Assembly: GCA_902797035.1 (NCBI GenBank)
Contig: CADBRH010000055.1
Coordinates: 13,178 to 77,177, forward strand
Direction of reading: 5' to 3'
Origin: an uncultured Bacteroidia bacterium
Lineage (GTDB): Bacteria; Bacteroidota; Bacteroidia; Bacteroidales; UBA932
DNA length: 64,000 nucleotides
A model generated the notes under the pieces. That model did not search any database. It was not told the DNA's origin and saw only the letters and a program-made list of their open reading frames with translations. Positions 1-8,955 of the stretch are shown piece by piece. The translations under genes were made by a program, and so were the position numbers. Each line of letters starts with the position of its first letter. Position 1 is the first letter of the stretch.

Positions 1-78
1 AAGCAGATTGACATGGGCATAGACGCCCTCATCACCAACCGTCCGGACATTCTTCTGGAGGTCGTCAAGGAATATTAA
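1..78 (+). CDS. 3' end of glycerophosphodiester phosphodiesterase-family protein (partial)
   Basis: Frame 1 reads KQIDMGIDALITNRPDILLEVVKEY*, matching the GDPD C-terminal 'GVDGIITNxP' motif. Confidence 0.65.
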   Translation, partial: KQIDMGIDALITNRPDILLEVVKEY

Positions 79-90
79 ACACATGATTAT

Positions 91-1401
91 ATGACACGTA
101 GAGAGTTTCTGGAGAAGAGCGCCGTCCTCGGGGCCGGCCTCACATTGAGTCCCATGATGGTCCGCATGGCGGCCAGGCCCGTGGGGGCGAACGATAAGAT
201 CCACCTTGGCCTTATCGGCTGCCGCGGGCAGGGCTTTACCAACCTGCAGGCTTTCCTACGCGATCCCGAGGTGGATTGCATAGCGCTCTGCGACATCGAC
301 AGCGGTGTGCTGGAGAGCCGCGCGGCCGACACCGAGAAAATCCAGGGCAAGAAGGTCAAGCTCCTCTATAAGGATTGGAGGGACCTTATTGACAACAAGG
401 ATATCGACGTGGTCATCATCGGCACTCCCGACCATTGGCACTGCCTCCAGCTGGTTGCCGCCTGCGAGGCCGGAAAGGATGTCTATTGCGAGAAGCCTCT
501 CGGCAACAGCATCGAGGAGTGCAATATCATGGTCCGGGCCGCCGAGAAATACAACAGGGTTGTCCAGGTCGGTCAGTGGCAGCGCAGCGACCCCCATTGG
601 CAGGACGCCATGGAGTTTGTCCACAGCGGCAAGCTCGGTAAGATCCGCACGGTGAGAGTGTTCTCCTATCAGGGCTGGTGCCCTTCTATTCCCGTCCAGC
701 CTGACCAGCCAGTTCCCGAGGGTGTGGATTACGACATGTGGCTCGGACCCGCTCCGAAGAGGCCTTTCAACCCCAATCGTTTCCATTTCACTTTCAGGTG
801 GTTCTGGGATTACGCCGGCGGCTTGATGACCGACTGGGGTGTCCACCTTCTGGATTATGCCCTCTATGGGATGAATGTCACGGCTCCCGACAGTATCATG
901 GCCTCGGGAGGCAAGTTCGGCTATCCTGACGACGCCTGCGAGACTCCCGACCTCCTCCAGACGGTCTATACCTTTAATGATTTCACCGTCCTTTGGGACC
1001 ATGCCATCGGGATCGACGACGGAGCCTACGGCCGCAGCCACGGTCTCGGATTCGTGGGCGAGAACGGCACTCTGGTGATAGACCGGGGCGGCTGGGAGGT
1101 TATTCCCGAAAAGGTCAACGGTGTCGAGCGTATGGAGGCCGTGGCGCTTCAGAAGAGCTATGGTGAGGGAGGACTCAACCTCCACGTCAAGAATCACTTG
1201 GCCTGCATCAAGAGCCGGAATGTCAATTGCAACGCCAGCATCCAGATCGGCGCGCACATAGCGAAGTTCGCCCATCTGGGCAACATCGCCTATCGTACCG
1301 GAAAGAAGTTAACTTGGGACGGCAAGACGTTCCATGACGCGGAGGCGGACACCTTCCTCTGCAAGACTTACCGCGAGCCCTGGAAGCTGCCGGTGGTTTA
1401 A
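91..1401 (+). CDS. Gfo/Idh/MocA-family oxidoreductase with Tat signal
   Basis: N-terminal TRREFL twin-arginine motif; GLIGCRGQG Rossmann motif; TPDHWH; CEKP; DWGVHLLD. Confidence 0.9.
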   Translation: MTRREFLEKSAVLGAGLTLSPMMVRMAARPVGANDKIHLGLIGCRGQGFTNLQAFLRDPEVDCIALCDIDSGVLESRAADTEKIQGKKVKLLYKDWRDLIDNKDIDVVIIGTPDHWHCLQLVAACEAGKDVYCEKPLGNSIEECNIMVRAAEKYNRVVQVGQWQRSDPHWQDAMEFVHSGKLGKIRTVRVFSYQGWCPSIPVQPDQPVPEGVDYDMWLGPAPKRPFNPNRFHFTFRWFWDYAGGLMTDWGVHLLDYALYGMNVTAPDSIMASGGKFGYPDDACETPDLLQTVYTFNDFTVLWDHAIGIDDGAYGRSHGLGFVGENGTLVIDRGGWEVIPEKVNGVERMEAVALQKSYGEGGLNLHVKNHLACIKSRNVNCNASIQIGAHIAKFAHLGNIAYRTGKKLTWDGKTFHDAEADTFLCKTYREPWKLPVV

Positions 1402-1407
1402 TCCCCG

Positions 1408-2115
1408 CTAAAGATCGTCAATAGGGTTCCTTCCCGTTAGGGTGGGAACCTCGTTGGCGTAGATTAATATCACGTGCCAGGAGGCCTTGTCCCTCACGTC
1501 GGCGTCCAGAGTGATGGTGCCGTTGGGAAGGTCGTAGGTAGCGACATTGCTGTTTGTCGCGGTTTTTGGCTCGATCCCGTATTTCTGTGTGAGGGAAGCC
1601 TGGAGGGAGTCATACGCCTTCTCAAGGGTGTCCCAATCCGAAATGACCGGGAAATCCACTCGGACTTCATTGACCGGATTGTTCCCGACCACGGTGATCC
1701 GGCATCCGCTGTATCCGGCGAAATCCCCCGTGAATGAGCTGTTTCCGTTCTTTTTAAAGCCGGCTTTGACCAGCTTGTCGCTGAAAGCGGAAAGGGTACC
1801 CGTGATGGGTATGCCCTTGAATGTGAGAGGCGCTGTCGCCGTAGTGGTTGAGGGAATATTGATGGTGGTGGAAGGACTGTTGTCTTCCCCGATACCGAGT
1901 TCCTTTTCCAGGTCCGAGATGTCCTTGGGAACTGTCTTCTCGGTGGTCTCTTTATTGTCTTTATCTTTGGGGGTGAACCAGCCGCCGGACTCCTCGGTCT
2001 CGTTTCCGCCGAGCCCGCCGGGCAGATTGATAACATTACCGTATTTGTCGGAGCAGTACTTCACGACGAGGAAAACGACCACAATGGCCAGAACAAGCCT
2101 GATAAGTTTTTTCAT
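1408..2115 (-). CDS. hypothetical membrane-anchored/exported protein
   Basis: 235-aa ORF, N-terminal hydrophobic helix, T-rich linker, LTFKGIPITG domain; TATCTTTG promoter motif upstream (2140-2147). Confidence 0.7.
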   Translation of the reverse strand: MKKLIRLVLAIVVVFLVVKYCSDKYGNVINLPGGLGGNETEESGGWFTPKDKDNKETTEKTVPKDISDLEKELGIGEDNSPSTTINIPSTTTATAPLTFKGIPITGTLSAFSDKLVKAGFKKNGNSSFTGDFAGYSGCRITVVGNNPVNEVRVDFPVISDWDTLEKAYDSLQASLTQKYGIEPKTATNSNVATYDLPNGTITLDADVRDKASWHVILIYANEVPTLTGRNPIDDL

Positions 2116-2184
2116 TGCCTATTGTTTTACAGATTATCACAAAGATAAAAAAAGACTTATTAACTGGAAAATGTCTTATTAGTT

Positions 2185-2373
2185 GGGATTCCGGCGTGGG
2201 GCGCCGGCATCCCTGGCCCTGCGGGGGCCCATCCACGGGTGGGGATGAACGAGCGCCGGGGGCTGAAAGCCCCATTGGGATTTGCCGTGAAAAGGGAGCG
2301 ATCGAACAAGTTCGTCGCTCCCTTTTTCACAACAAACGCCACGGTCTTTGACCGCGGCGCCCGTTCATTCCCC
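2185..2373. other. highly structured palindromic element abutting the tRNA 3' end
   Basis: Stems 2185-2213, 2215-2229, outer stem 2241-2258/2355-2373, inner hairpins 2259-2273, 2281-2336, 2338-2357. Confidence 0.65.
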
Positions 2374-2374
2374 G

Positions 2375-2448
2375 TGATTCCGTTGGGATTCGAACCCAAG
2401 ACCCACAGCTTAGAAGGCTGTTGCTCTATCCAGCTGAGCTACGGAACC
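2375..2448 (-). tRNA. tRNA-Arg (anticodon UCU)
   Basis: Reverse complement GGTTCCG TAGCTCAGCTGGATAGAGC A ACAGC CTTCTAA GCTGT GGGTC TTGGG TTCGAAT CCCAA CGGAATC A folds as a cloverleaf; CCA not encoded. Confidence 0.97.
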
Positions 2449-2473
2449 AGACCTTTCTTCTTGAAAGGGACTG

Positions 2474-2481
2474 CAAATATA
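2474..2481 (-). promoter_or_regulatory. Bacteroidetes -7 promoter element (TATATTTG) for tRNA-Arg
   Basis: Matches TAnnTTTG consensus 25 bp upstream of tRNA. Confidence 0.6.
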
Positions 2482-2498
2482 CGGATTTTCCTGATAAA

Positions 2499-3401
2499 TC
2501 ACACAGGGCTGTTATTTGTCGCTTTCCTTGACAGGAGCTCAAGAGCGATGACAAGACCGGCTCCTATGACTGCCCATAGGACGGCCCCGCCGATGTGGAG
2601 CGCGCCTTCCGGGAAGCCACCGAGGGCGTTGGCGGCCTCGGTGGCAGCCTTGTCGGCCCAAGGCCAGACCTTCACGAGGGCTCCGATGGTGAATCCGATA
2701 AGGACCAGGAGGGTCGGTCTCTCGTGGTGGCCGATCAGCCAATGCAGGATCTTCGAGAAGGCCACAATCCCGACCAGGCAGCCAAGGGCGAACACCATTA
2801 GCACAGGAATATTCAAGGAGGCGACCGCGTCCATGATGTACTCATATTTCCCGAACAGGACCAGGATGAAACTTCCGGAGATGCCCGGGAGTATCATCGT
2901 GCAGATGGCGATGGCACCGCAAAGGGCGATGAGCCATAGGTCCGAGCTGGTCTCCCTTGGGGAAAGAAGGCAGATCGCCGCTCCAAGGGCGATCCCGATG
3001 GCCAGAGAGAGGAAGTCAACGGCTTTCCATCCCTTGATGTCGGCGAGCATGAAAAAGGCTGAGGCGATGATCAGCCCGAAAAAGAAGGCCCAGGTCTGGA
3101 CTGGGAAGAATTTAAGGAAGTACCCCATCAGCTTGGCCAGGGAGAACACGCTGATTATCACGCCGATGGCGAGCCAGAAAAGGAAGGTGCCGTTGATGGC
3201 CTCCCAGAATTCCTTGACCCTTCCCTTGAGCAAAAGCTTCCATGTGGAGACGCTCATCAAGGCGTTCAGGGACTCGATAAGCTTGTTGAATATTCCTGTC
3301 AGGAGAGCGATGGTCCCTCCCGATACCCCCGGAACGACATTCGCCGCGCCCATGGCGAAACCCTTGAGCGCGACGACAAGATTCTTGACAACGCTAGTCA
3401 T
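2499..3401 (-). CDS. DUF368-family membrane protein
   Basis: KGFAMGAANVVPGVSGGTIA and MILPGISGSFIL repeats typical of DUF368. Confidence 0.9.
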   Translation of the reverse strand: MTSVVKNLVVALKGFAMGAANVVPGVSGGTIALLTGIFNKLIESLNALMSVSTWKLLLKGRVKEFWEAINGTFLFWLAIGVIISVFSLAKLMGYFLKFFPVQTWAFFFGLIIASAFFMLADIKGWKAVDFLSLAIGIALGAAICLLSPRETSSDLWLIALCGAIAICTMILPGISGSFILVLFGKYEYIMDAVASLNIPVLMVFALGCLVGIVAFSKILHWLIGHHERPTLLVLIGFTIGALVKVWPWADKAATEAANALGGFPEGALHIGGAVLWAVIGAGLVIALELLSRKATNNSPV

Positions 3402-3404
3402 GGT

Positions 3405-3938
3405 CTATTGGATCTTGCCGAGATAGACTTTAATGGCGTTGAAACAGTCCTGCTGGGACACGCTCTTCCCTGCCGGATCTGACACGACAAGGTCGAACAA
3501 GTCCCCGCCAAGCTGTTTGCGGCCAATCTTGAACCGGGCCTTGGAGGTTCTGGCCATATATTCGATGGCGAAATCAGGATCCTTGATAAGCGATATGAAC
3601 ACATCTGGATCCTGCTCCTCGAGAACCCCCATCTTGTATTTGTTCGGCCGCCCGAGCCAGTCCAGGTCTTTCTTGGTGATGGTCGTCTGGATGCTGGTGA
3701 TCAGACGGTCCTCGCTGCCGATCTTCCTGAAGTCCTGGAAGAAGACGGACCCGCGGATGTCCATCCCCCGGAAATAGTTCATTATGTTTGTCTTGCATGT
3801 GTCGAACGTGGAATCCTCCACATCGATGACAGCTACGTACGACTTGATCTTGCCGAGGGGAAGAATCCCGGTCGGGACTGTGCTGGAGTGCCGTCTGAGG
3901 CTTCTTTTCCTGAATATACTCTTAACAAAAGCGAACAT
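3405..3938 (-). CDS. conserved hypothetical Bacteroidetes protein
   Basis: 177-aa ORF in operon with neighbours; 'TKKDLDWLGRP...SKARFKIG' pattern. Confidence 0.7.
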   Translation of the reverse strand: MFAFVKSIFRKRSLRRHSSTVPTGILPLGKIKSYVAVIDVEDSTFDTCKTNIMNYFRGMDIRGSVFFQDFRKIGSEDRLITSIQTTITKKDLDWLGRPNKYKMGVLEEQDPDVFISLIKDPDFAIEYMARTSKARFKIGRKQLGGDLFDLVVSDPAGKSVSQQDCFNAIKVYLGKIQ

Positions 3939-3942
3939 GGTC

Positions 3943-4938
3943 TTAACTGTTTACGGAAGCTATCAACTCCCGGATCTCCGCCTTGGCGTCCCTCCAGCGG
4001 GGGACGTCTATCTTGGTGCCGATGACCTCGACGACTTTCGCCGCTATTATCGAGCCGACCTCGCCGCACACCCTTAGCGGCATGTCGAGGGAATGGGCGT
4101 ACAGGAAGCCAGCGGCATAGGTGTCCCCGGCCCCGGTGGCGTCTATGGTGGCGGCCGGCCAGGCCTCTATGTAGTGGTACTCATCCCCTTTCTTGACCAT
4201 CGAGCCGTCCTTACCTACTTTCACGACCGCGATCTCGCACTGGGACGCGAGCGAGTCCAAAGCCTCCCTCGGGCCAAGTTTGGTGTATGCCCTGGCCTCG
4301 CTCTCGTTGGCGAACACTATGTCGATGTATCTCTCGACCAAGTTGTGGAAGAAAGCCTCGTTTGACTCCACGACGTTGTAAGAGGCCATATCGATCGAGA
4401 TTATGCAGCCCGCCTCTTTGGCCATCTGGACCGCTTTGCGGATAAGGTCTTGGTTCTGAACTAGATAACCCTCGATATGGAAGTAGTCATATCCCTCGAA
4501 ATATTCCGGCTTCAAGTCCTCGGGGACAAGTTCGAGGGCCGCTCCCATATAGTCGGCGAACGTCCTTTCGGCGTTCGCCCCGGTAATGAAGCACATGGCT
4601 CTTCCGGAGCCTTTCGTTCCCTCGAGAAGCGTGGTCTTCACGCCGAATTGTTCCAAGGTGCTTTTGTAGAGATGGCCCAGCTCGTCGTCTCCAATCTTGC
4701 CGATGAACCCGGAAGGCATTCCGAAGATGGAAGTGCAGGTGATTGTGTTGGCGGCAGATCCGCCAGGCACATATTTCACACCGTACTCCTTGAGCTTCGA
4801 CCAAATCTCGTCTCCTGTCTCAAGATCGACATGCTGCATGCTTCCCGGAGGGAGGTGATATTCCCGCAACAGAGTGTCGTCAGGAAAGACCGCGAGGAGG
4901 TCTGTCAGGGCGTTTCCTATTCCTAAGATTGATTTCAT
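3943..4938 (-). CDS. PfkB-family carbohydrate/adenosine kinase
   Basis: Start re-placed at MKSILGIGNALTD; GGSAANT and DATGAGDTYAAGF PfkB signatures. Confidence 0.92.
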   Translation of the reverse strand: MKSILGIGNALTDLLAVFPDDTLLREYHLPPGSMQHVDLETGDEIWSKLKEYGVKYVPGGSAANTITCTSIFGMPSGFIGKIGDDELGHLYKSTLEQFGVKTTLLEGTKGSGRAMCFITGANAERTFADYMGAALELVPEDLKPEYFEGYDYFHIEGYLVQNQDLIRKAVQMAKEAGCIISIDMASYNVVESNEAFFHNLVERYIDIVFANESEARAYTKLGPREALDSLASQCEIAVVKVGKDGSMVKKGDEYHYIEAWPAATIDATGAGDTYAAGFLYAHSLDMPLRVCGEVGSIIAAKVVEVIGTKIDVPRWRDAKAEIRELIASVNS

Positions 4939-4975
4939 ACGCGAATTTAACGATAATTTGATTAAATTTGTTAGC

Positions 4976-6043
4976 ATGAACAGGAAGGTAGGGAATGTTG
5001 TCAAGTACGGGGTGTCGATCCTATTGGCCGCGGCTCTTCTGTACTTCGCCTTCAGGAAAGTGGACTGGGCTGATTTCTGGTCCGCGCTGAGGGCTTGCAA
5101 GTGGGAGTTTGTCGCCCTGTCAGCGTTATTCGGGCTTCTCACTTTCTATTTCAGGGCGCTTCGTTGGAGAGAGCTTCTTCTCCCCATTGATTCCGCCACT
5201 TCCCGCCTCACATGTTTTAACGCCGTCAATATCAGCTATGCCGTGAACATGGTCCTCCCCAGAGTGGGCGAGGTTCTTCGTTGCGGTTATATCACGGCGC
5301 ACTCGACAACAGTCCCTGACAAAGAGGACGGCCATCCCCGCAGGCTGGCGTCTTTCGACAAGGTTCTGGGCACCGCGGCGCTGGAAAGGTCGGCGGACAT
5401 CATCATGATGGTCGTCGTGCTTTTCACGTTCCTGCTCTTCACCTGGGACAAATACGGCGGGTTCTTCACGGAAAAAATCTTCGGGGCCGCCTCCGGGGGT
5501 GTCACATTCGGTAAAATAGCGATTGTCGTCCTGGTCATTCTGGCGGCATTGGCCTCTGTCTGGGTGGTGATCCGTTTCGCCGACCGGTGGAGCCCCCTCA
5601 AGAAGGCCAAAGGTTTCATGAAAGGGCTCGCCCAGGGCTTCCTCAGCTGTTTCAAGATGAAGAGGGCGTGGTGGTTCTTCATTCTCACCGCCATGATCTG
5701 GACCTGTTATTGGATGATGAGCGCCACGATCATGTGGGCCGTCCAGGGGATTGACACGTCCATGGTGTCCCCGGATTTGGCTTCCGCCGTGTCCAAGATA
5801 CAGGACCTGAATTTAACTGACGCGATGTTCCTCATGTTGGCGGGAAGCCTTTCAGCCATGGTTCCTGTCCCTGGAGGATTCGGCGCGTTTCATTTTATCG
5901 TGGCCGGTGCCATGTCGTACGTGTATGGCCTTCCCTTCGAGTTCGGGATTATTTTCGCCACACTCTCCCACGAGTCACAGGAGCTCAACCAGCTGCTATG
6001 GGGAGGCGTCTCTTTCGTCATCGAGCAAATCAGAAAAGATTAA
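4976..6043 (+). CDS. lysylphosphatidylglycerol synthase TM-domain (flippase-like) protein
   Basis: Start MNRKVG after TAAATTTG (4963-4970); RALRW, PRVGEVLRC, ERSAD, PVPGGFGAFH motifs. Confidence 0.85.
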   Translation: MNRKVGNVVKYGVSILLAAALLYFAFRKVDWADFWSALRACKWEFVALSALFGLLTFYFRALRWRELLLPIDSATSRLTCFNAVNISYAVNMVLPRVGEVLRCGYITAHSTTVPDKEDGHPRRLASFDKVLGTAALERSADIIMMVVVLFTFLLFTWDKYGGFFTEKIFGAASGGVTFGKIAIVVLVILAALASVWVVIRFADRWSPLKKAKGFMKGLAQGFLSCFKMKRAWWFFILTAMIWTCYWMMSATIMWAVQGIDTSMVSPDLASAVSKIQDLNLTDAMFLMLAGSLSAMVPVPGGFGAFHFIVAGAMSYVYGLPFEFGIIFATLSHESQELNQLLWGGVSFVIEQIRKD

Positions 6044-6045
6044 AT

Positions 6046-8955
6046 ATGAAAACGATCAAGATCCTTATCACAATCGCCGCCCTGGCGGCATTGTCCTTGA
6101 CCGCGAACATTTCCGCCCAGACCAAGTTGTCTTCCAGGCAGTTGTATTCCCAATTCCAGAATCCCGACACTCGCTACCGTCCTTTTGTCCGGTGGTGGTG
6201 GAACGGTGACCGCGTGAACGCCGGGGAGTTGGTCCGTGAGCTCCATGTCATGAAAGAGGCCGGTATCGGCGGTGTGGAGATCAATCCCATCTCTTTCCCG
6301 GCGGGGGACGACACCCTCGACACCAAAGCCTTGAAATGGCTCAGCGACGAGTGGATCGACATGCTGAAAGTTGTCTTCGACGAGGCTGACAAGATCGGTA
6401 TGACGTGCGATCTGATAATAGGTTCCGGCTGGCCTTTCGGCGCCGAGAGCCTTCCCAGGGACGAGCGGGCCGAAGTGCTTCTGACCTACGCCAAACCGGT
6501 GCCCGCCGGCGAGACCCTGGAGATGTCGTTGTTCCACATATTCAAAGAGCTTGACCCCGGGGTGACTATCGTGAATCAGCGCCGCGTGCCAGAGCTGGTG
6601 TCGATCTGCCTTGCCCCGGACCCGATGAACGGGCTTGAGGACGCGGTCGATCTATCCGGGAACATCAAGGACGGGGTCCTGAAGGTGGATGTCCCGGAAG
6701 GTAAATGGCAGCTTTACGCCATGGTGAAATACGAGTCTTTCGCCAGCGTCATCAACGGGGCTCCCGGAGCGGCCGGCTCGATTCTCAATCATATGGACGC
6801 CGTCGCTGTCAGGAAGTATCTCGACCACATGGCGGACGCGATCGAGTCGAAGCTCGGGCCGCTCTCGAGCCATGTCAGGGCCCTCTTCGTGGACAGCATG
6901 GAGCTTGAGGGCAACAACTGGACGGCTGATTTCGCCGAAGAGTTCAAGGCCAGAAGAGGCTACGACATCCTCCCCTGGCTGCCTTTCACGATGTTCGAGG
7001 TCGGAAGGCTCGGAGACGTGAAGAGCTTTGAATATGGATCCAAGAAGAGCGCCAAGTTCGAGGAGGAGGTGGATAGGGTCCGCTTTGACTTCGAGCTCAC
7101 CAAGGCCGAGCTTCTGCTGGAGCGTTTCCATGACACTTTTGTGGGTTGGTGCAAAGAGAAAGGGGTGAAATCACGCGCCCAGGCTTATGGAAGGGGGTTC
7201 TTCCCGCTCGAGAGCTCACTTGTGATCGACTTCCCCGAGGGTGAGTCCTGGACCACCAACTGGCTCAGGCACAGGATCGGCGAGGAGATGGGTGACGAGG
7301 ATTACCGCCGCGGCCGCGGGTACACGATGATCAACAAATATGTCTCTTCCGCCGCTCATCTGACTGGCAAAAGGGTGGTCAGCGCCGAGGAGATGACCAA
7401 CACTTACAAGGTGTTCACCACCTCTCTCGAGTTCCTCAAGGTCGGCTCTGACATGAGCGCGGTATCGGGGGTGACCCATTCTGTGTGGCACGGTTTCAAC
7501 TATTCGCCTCCTGAGGCGAAGTTCCCGGGTTGGGTCCAGTACGGTACCTTCCACAACGAGAGGAACACCTGGTGGCCTTATGTGAAAAACCTCAATGACT
7601 ACAGGGCGAGAATAGCCAGCCAGCTTCAGAACTCAGACATGTACACGGACATAGCCATCCTTCCCGCGAATTACGACATGTGGGCCACGATGGGTGTGCA
7701 GACCGAGCCGTTCCCCGTGAAACTTAACGTTCCCTACACCTCCCTGATCTGGGAGGCGATCCACAAGACCGGCGGCGGGGCTGATTATGTCAGCGAGATA
7801 ATCCTCCGAGACGCCACCGTCAAGAAAGGGAAGCTTTGCTACGGTCCCAAGGAATACGGCACTATTTTCCTCGTGGAGGTTACCAGCACCACCCCTGAGA
7901 CCTTGGCGAAACTCGAGGAGTTCGCCCGGCAGGGCGGAAGGGTCTTCTGTGTCGGGAAGTATCCGGAGAAATCCCTGGGATTCAAGGACTATGAGGCCAG
8001 GGACAAGGAGATAGCCAAGACAGTGGAGCGGCTGGAGACAGTTTATCCCGACAGGTTCGTCCTGCTGGAGACACCCGAGGACGGGAAGTATCTCGAATGG
8101 TACGAGGGGGTGATGGAGAGATATTCCATGCCTCATTCCATAACCATCTCCAAGCCCGACAGGTTCCTGCTCCAGAACCGCTATGTCACAGATGATGGTA
8201 GCGACTTCTTCATGTTCATGAACGCTCATCTGACAGAGTCTCGTTACACAGACATAATATTCCCTAAATCAATCACTTCCGGAAAGCATGCCTGGGTATA
8301 TGACCCCGCTTCCGGAAAGCGTTTCCCTCTGAGACTTGACAAGGACGGCAAGGCCAGCTTCCGTTTCGGCCCCGCCGAGACATACTTGTTCGTGTTCAAC
8401 AAGGACGGCCGTTCCGCCGGCCGTGTCCCCTCCATCCACAACCCGGTCGTGGACACTTCCGGGGAGATGGAGTCCGTCTTGGTCCCGCTGATTTACAAGC
8501 CGACCAGAATGACGCTTGACGGGCCCTGGGACCTGACCCTCCACCAGACTTATCCTGACTCGACTTGGACCGCCCGGCTGGACACTCTTAAGGATTTCAA
8601 GGACATGGCCGACACCACTTTCAAGAATTTCATGGGAACGGTCGTGTACAAGACCAAGTTCACTCCGGTCGGGAAAGACCTGCCCAAGTATATGGATCTG
8701 GGCAAGGTGGCCGACATCTGCGAGCTGAAGATAAACGGCAAGGACGCCGGAACATTATGGTTCGGTGATAGGGTTTACGACATCTCCTCTTATGTCAAGC
8801 CAGGGGAGAACACCATCGAGGTGAAAGTCACCACCCTGATGGGTAATTACATACAGACACTCAAGGACAACGCTGTGGCGCAGAGATTCCTGTTCAGGCG
8901 CGACCAGCCTTATGTGTCCGCGGGATTGATTGGACCAGTTAAAACATACAAATGA
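6046..8955 (+). CDS. glycoside hydrolase, GH106-like (alpha-L-rhamnosidase family) with C-terminal sugar-binding domain
   Basis: Signal peptide; RPFVRWWWNG, GIGGVEI, GSGWPFG, DSMEL; C-terminal GENTIEVKVTT...SAGLIGPV. Confidence 0.8.
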   Translation: MKTIKILITIAALAALSLTANISAQTKLSSRQLYSQFQNPDTRYRPFVRWWWNGDRVNAGELVRELHVMKEAGIGGVEINPISFPAGDDTLDTKALKWLSDEWIDMLKVVFDEADKIGMTCDLIIGSGWPFGAESLPRDERAEVLLTYAKPVPAGETLEMSLFHIFKELDPGVTIVNQRRVPELVSICLAPDPMNGLEDAVDLSGNIKDGVLKVDVPEGKWQLYAMVKYESFASVINGAPGAAGSILNHMDAVAVRKYLDHMADAIESKLGPLSSHVRALFVDSMELEGNNWTADFAEEFKARRGYDILPWLPFTMFEVGRLGDVKSFEYGSKKSAKFEEEVDRVRFDFELTKAELLLERFHDTFVGWCKEKGVKSRAQAYGRGFFPLESSLVIDFPEGESWTTNWLRHRIGEEMGDEDYRRGRGYTMINKYVSSAAHLTGKRVVSAEEMTNTYKVFTTSLEFLKVGSDMSAVSGVTHSVWHGFNYSPPEAKFPGWVQYGTFHNERNTWWPYVKNLNDYRARIASQLQNSDMYTDIAILPANYDMWATMGVQTEPFPVKLNVPYTSLIWEAIHKTGGGADYVSEIILRDATVKKGKLCYGPKEYGTIFLVEVTSTTPETLAKLEEFARQGGRVFCVGKYPEKSLGFKDYEARDKEIAKTVERLETVYPDRFVLLETPEDGKYLEWYEGVMERYSMPHSITISKPDRFLLQNRYVTDDGSDFFMFMNAHLTESRYTDIIFPKSITSGKHAWVYDPASGKRFPLRLDKDGKASFRFGPAETYLFVFNKDGRSAGRVPSIHNPVVDTSGEMESVLVPLIYKPTRMTLDGPWDLTLHQTYPDSTWTARLDTLKDFKDMADTTFKNFMGTVVYKTKFTPVGKDLPKYMDLGKVADICELKINGKDAGTLWFGDRVYDISSYVKPGENTIEVKVTTLMGNYIQTLKDNAVAQRFLFRRDQPYVSAGLIGPVKTYK

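Noticed and set aside
2239-3426. 395-aa plus-strand ORF
   Set aside because: Antisense to DUF368 and overlapping the tRNA; no protein features
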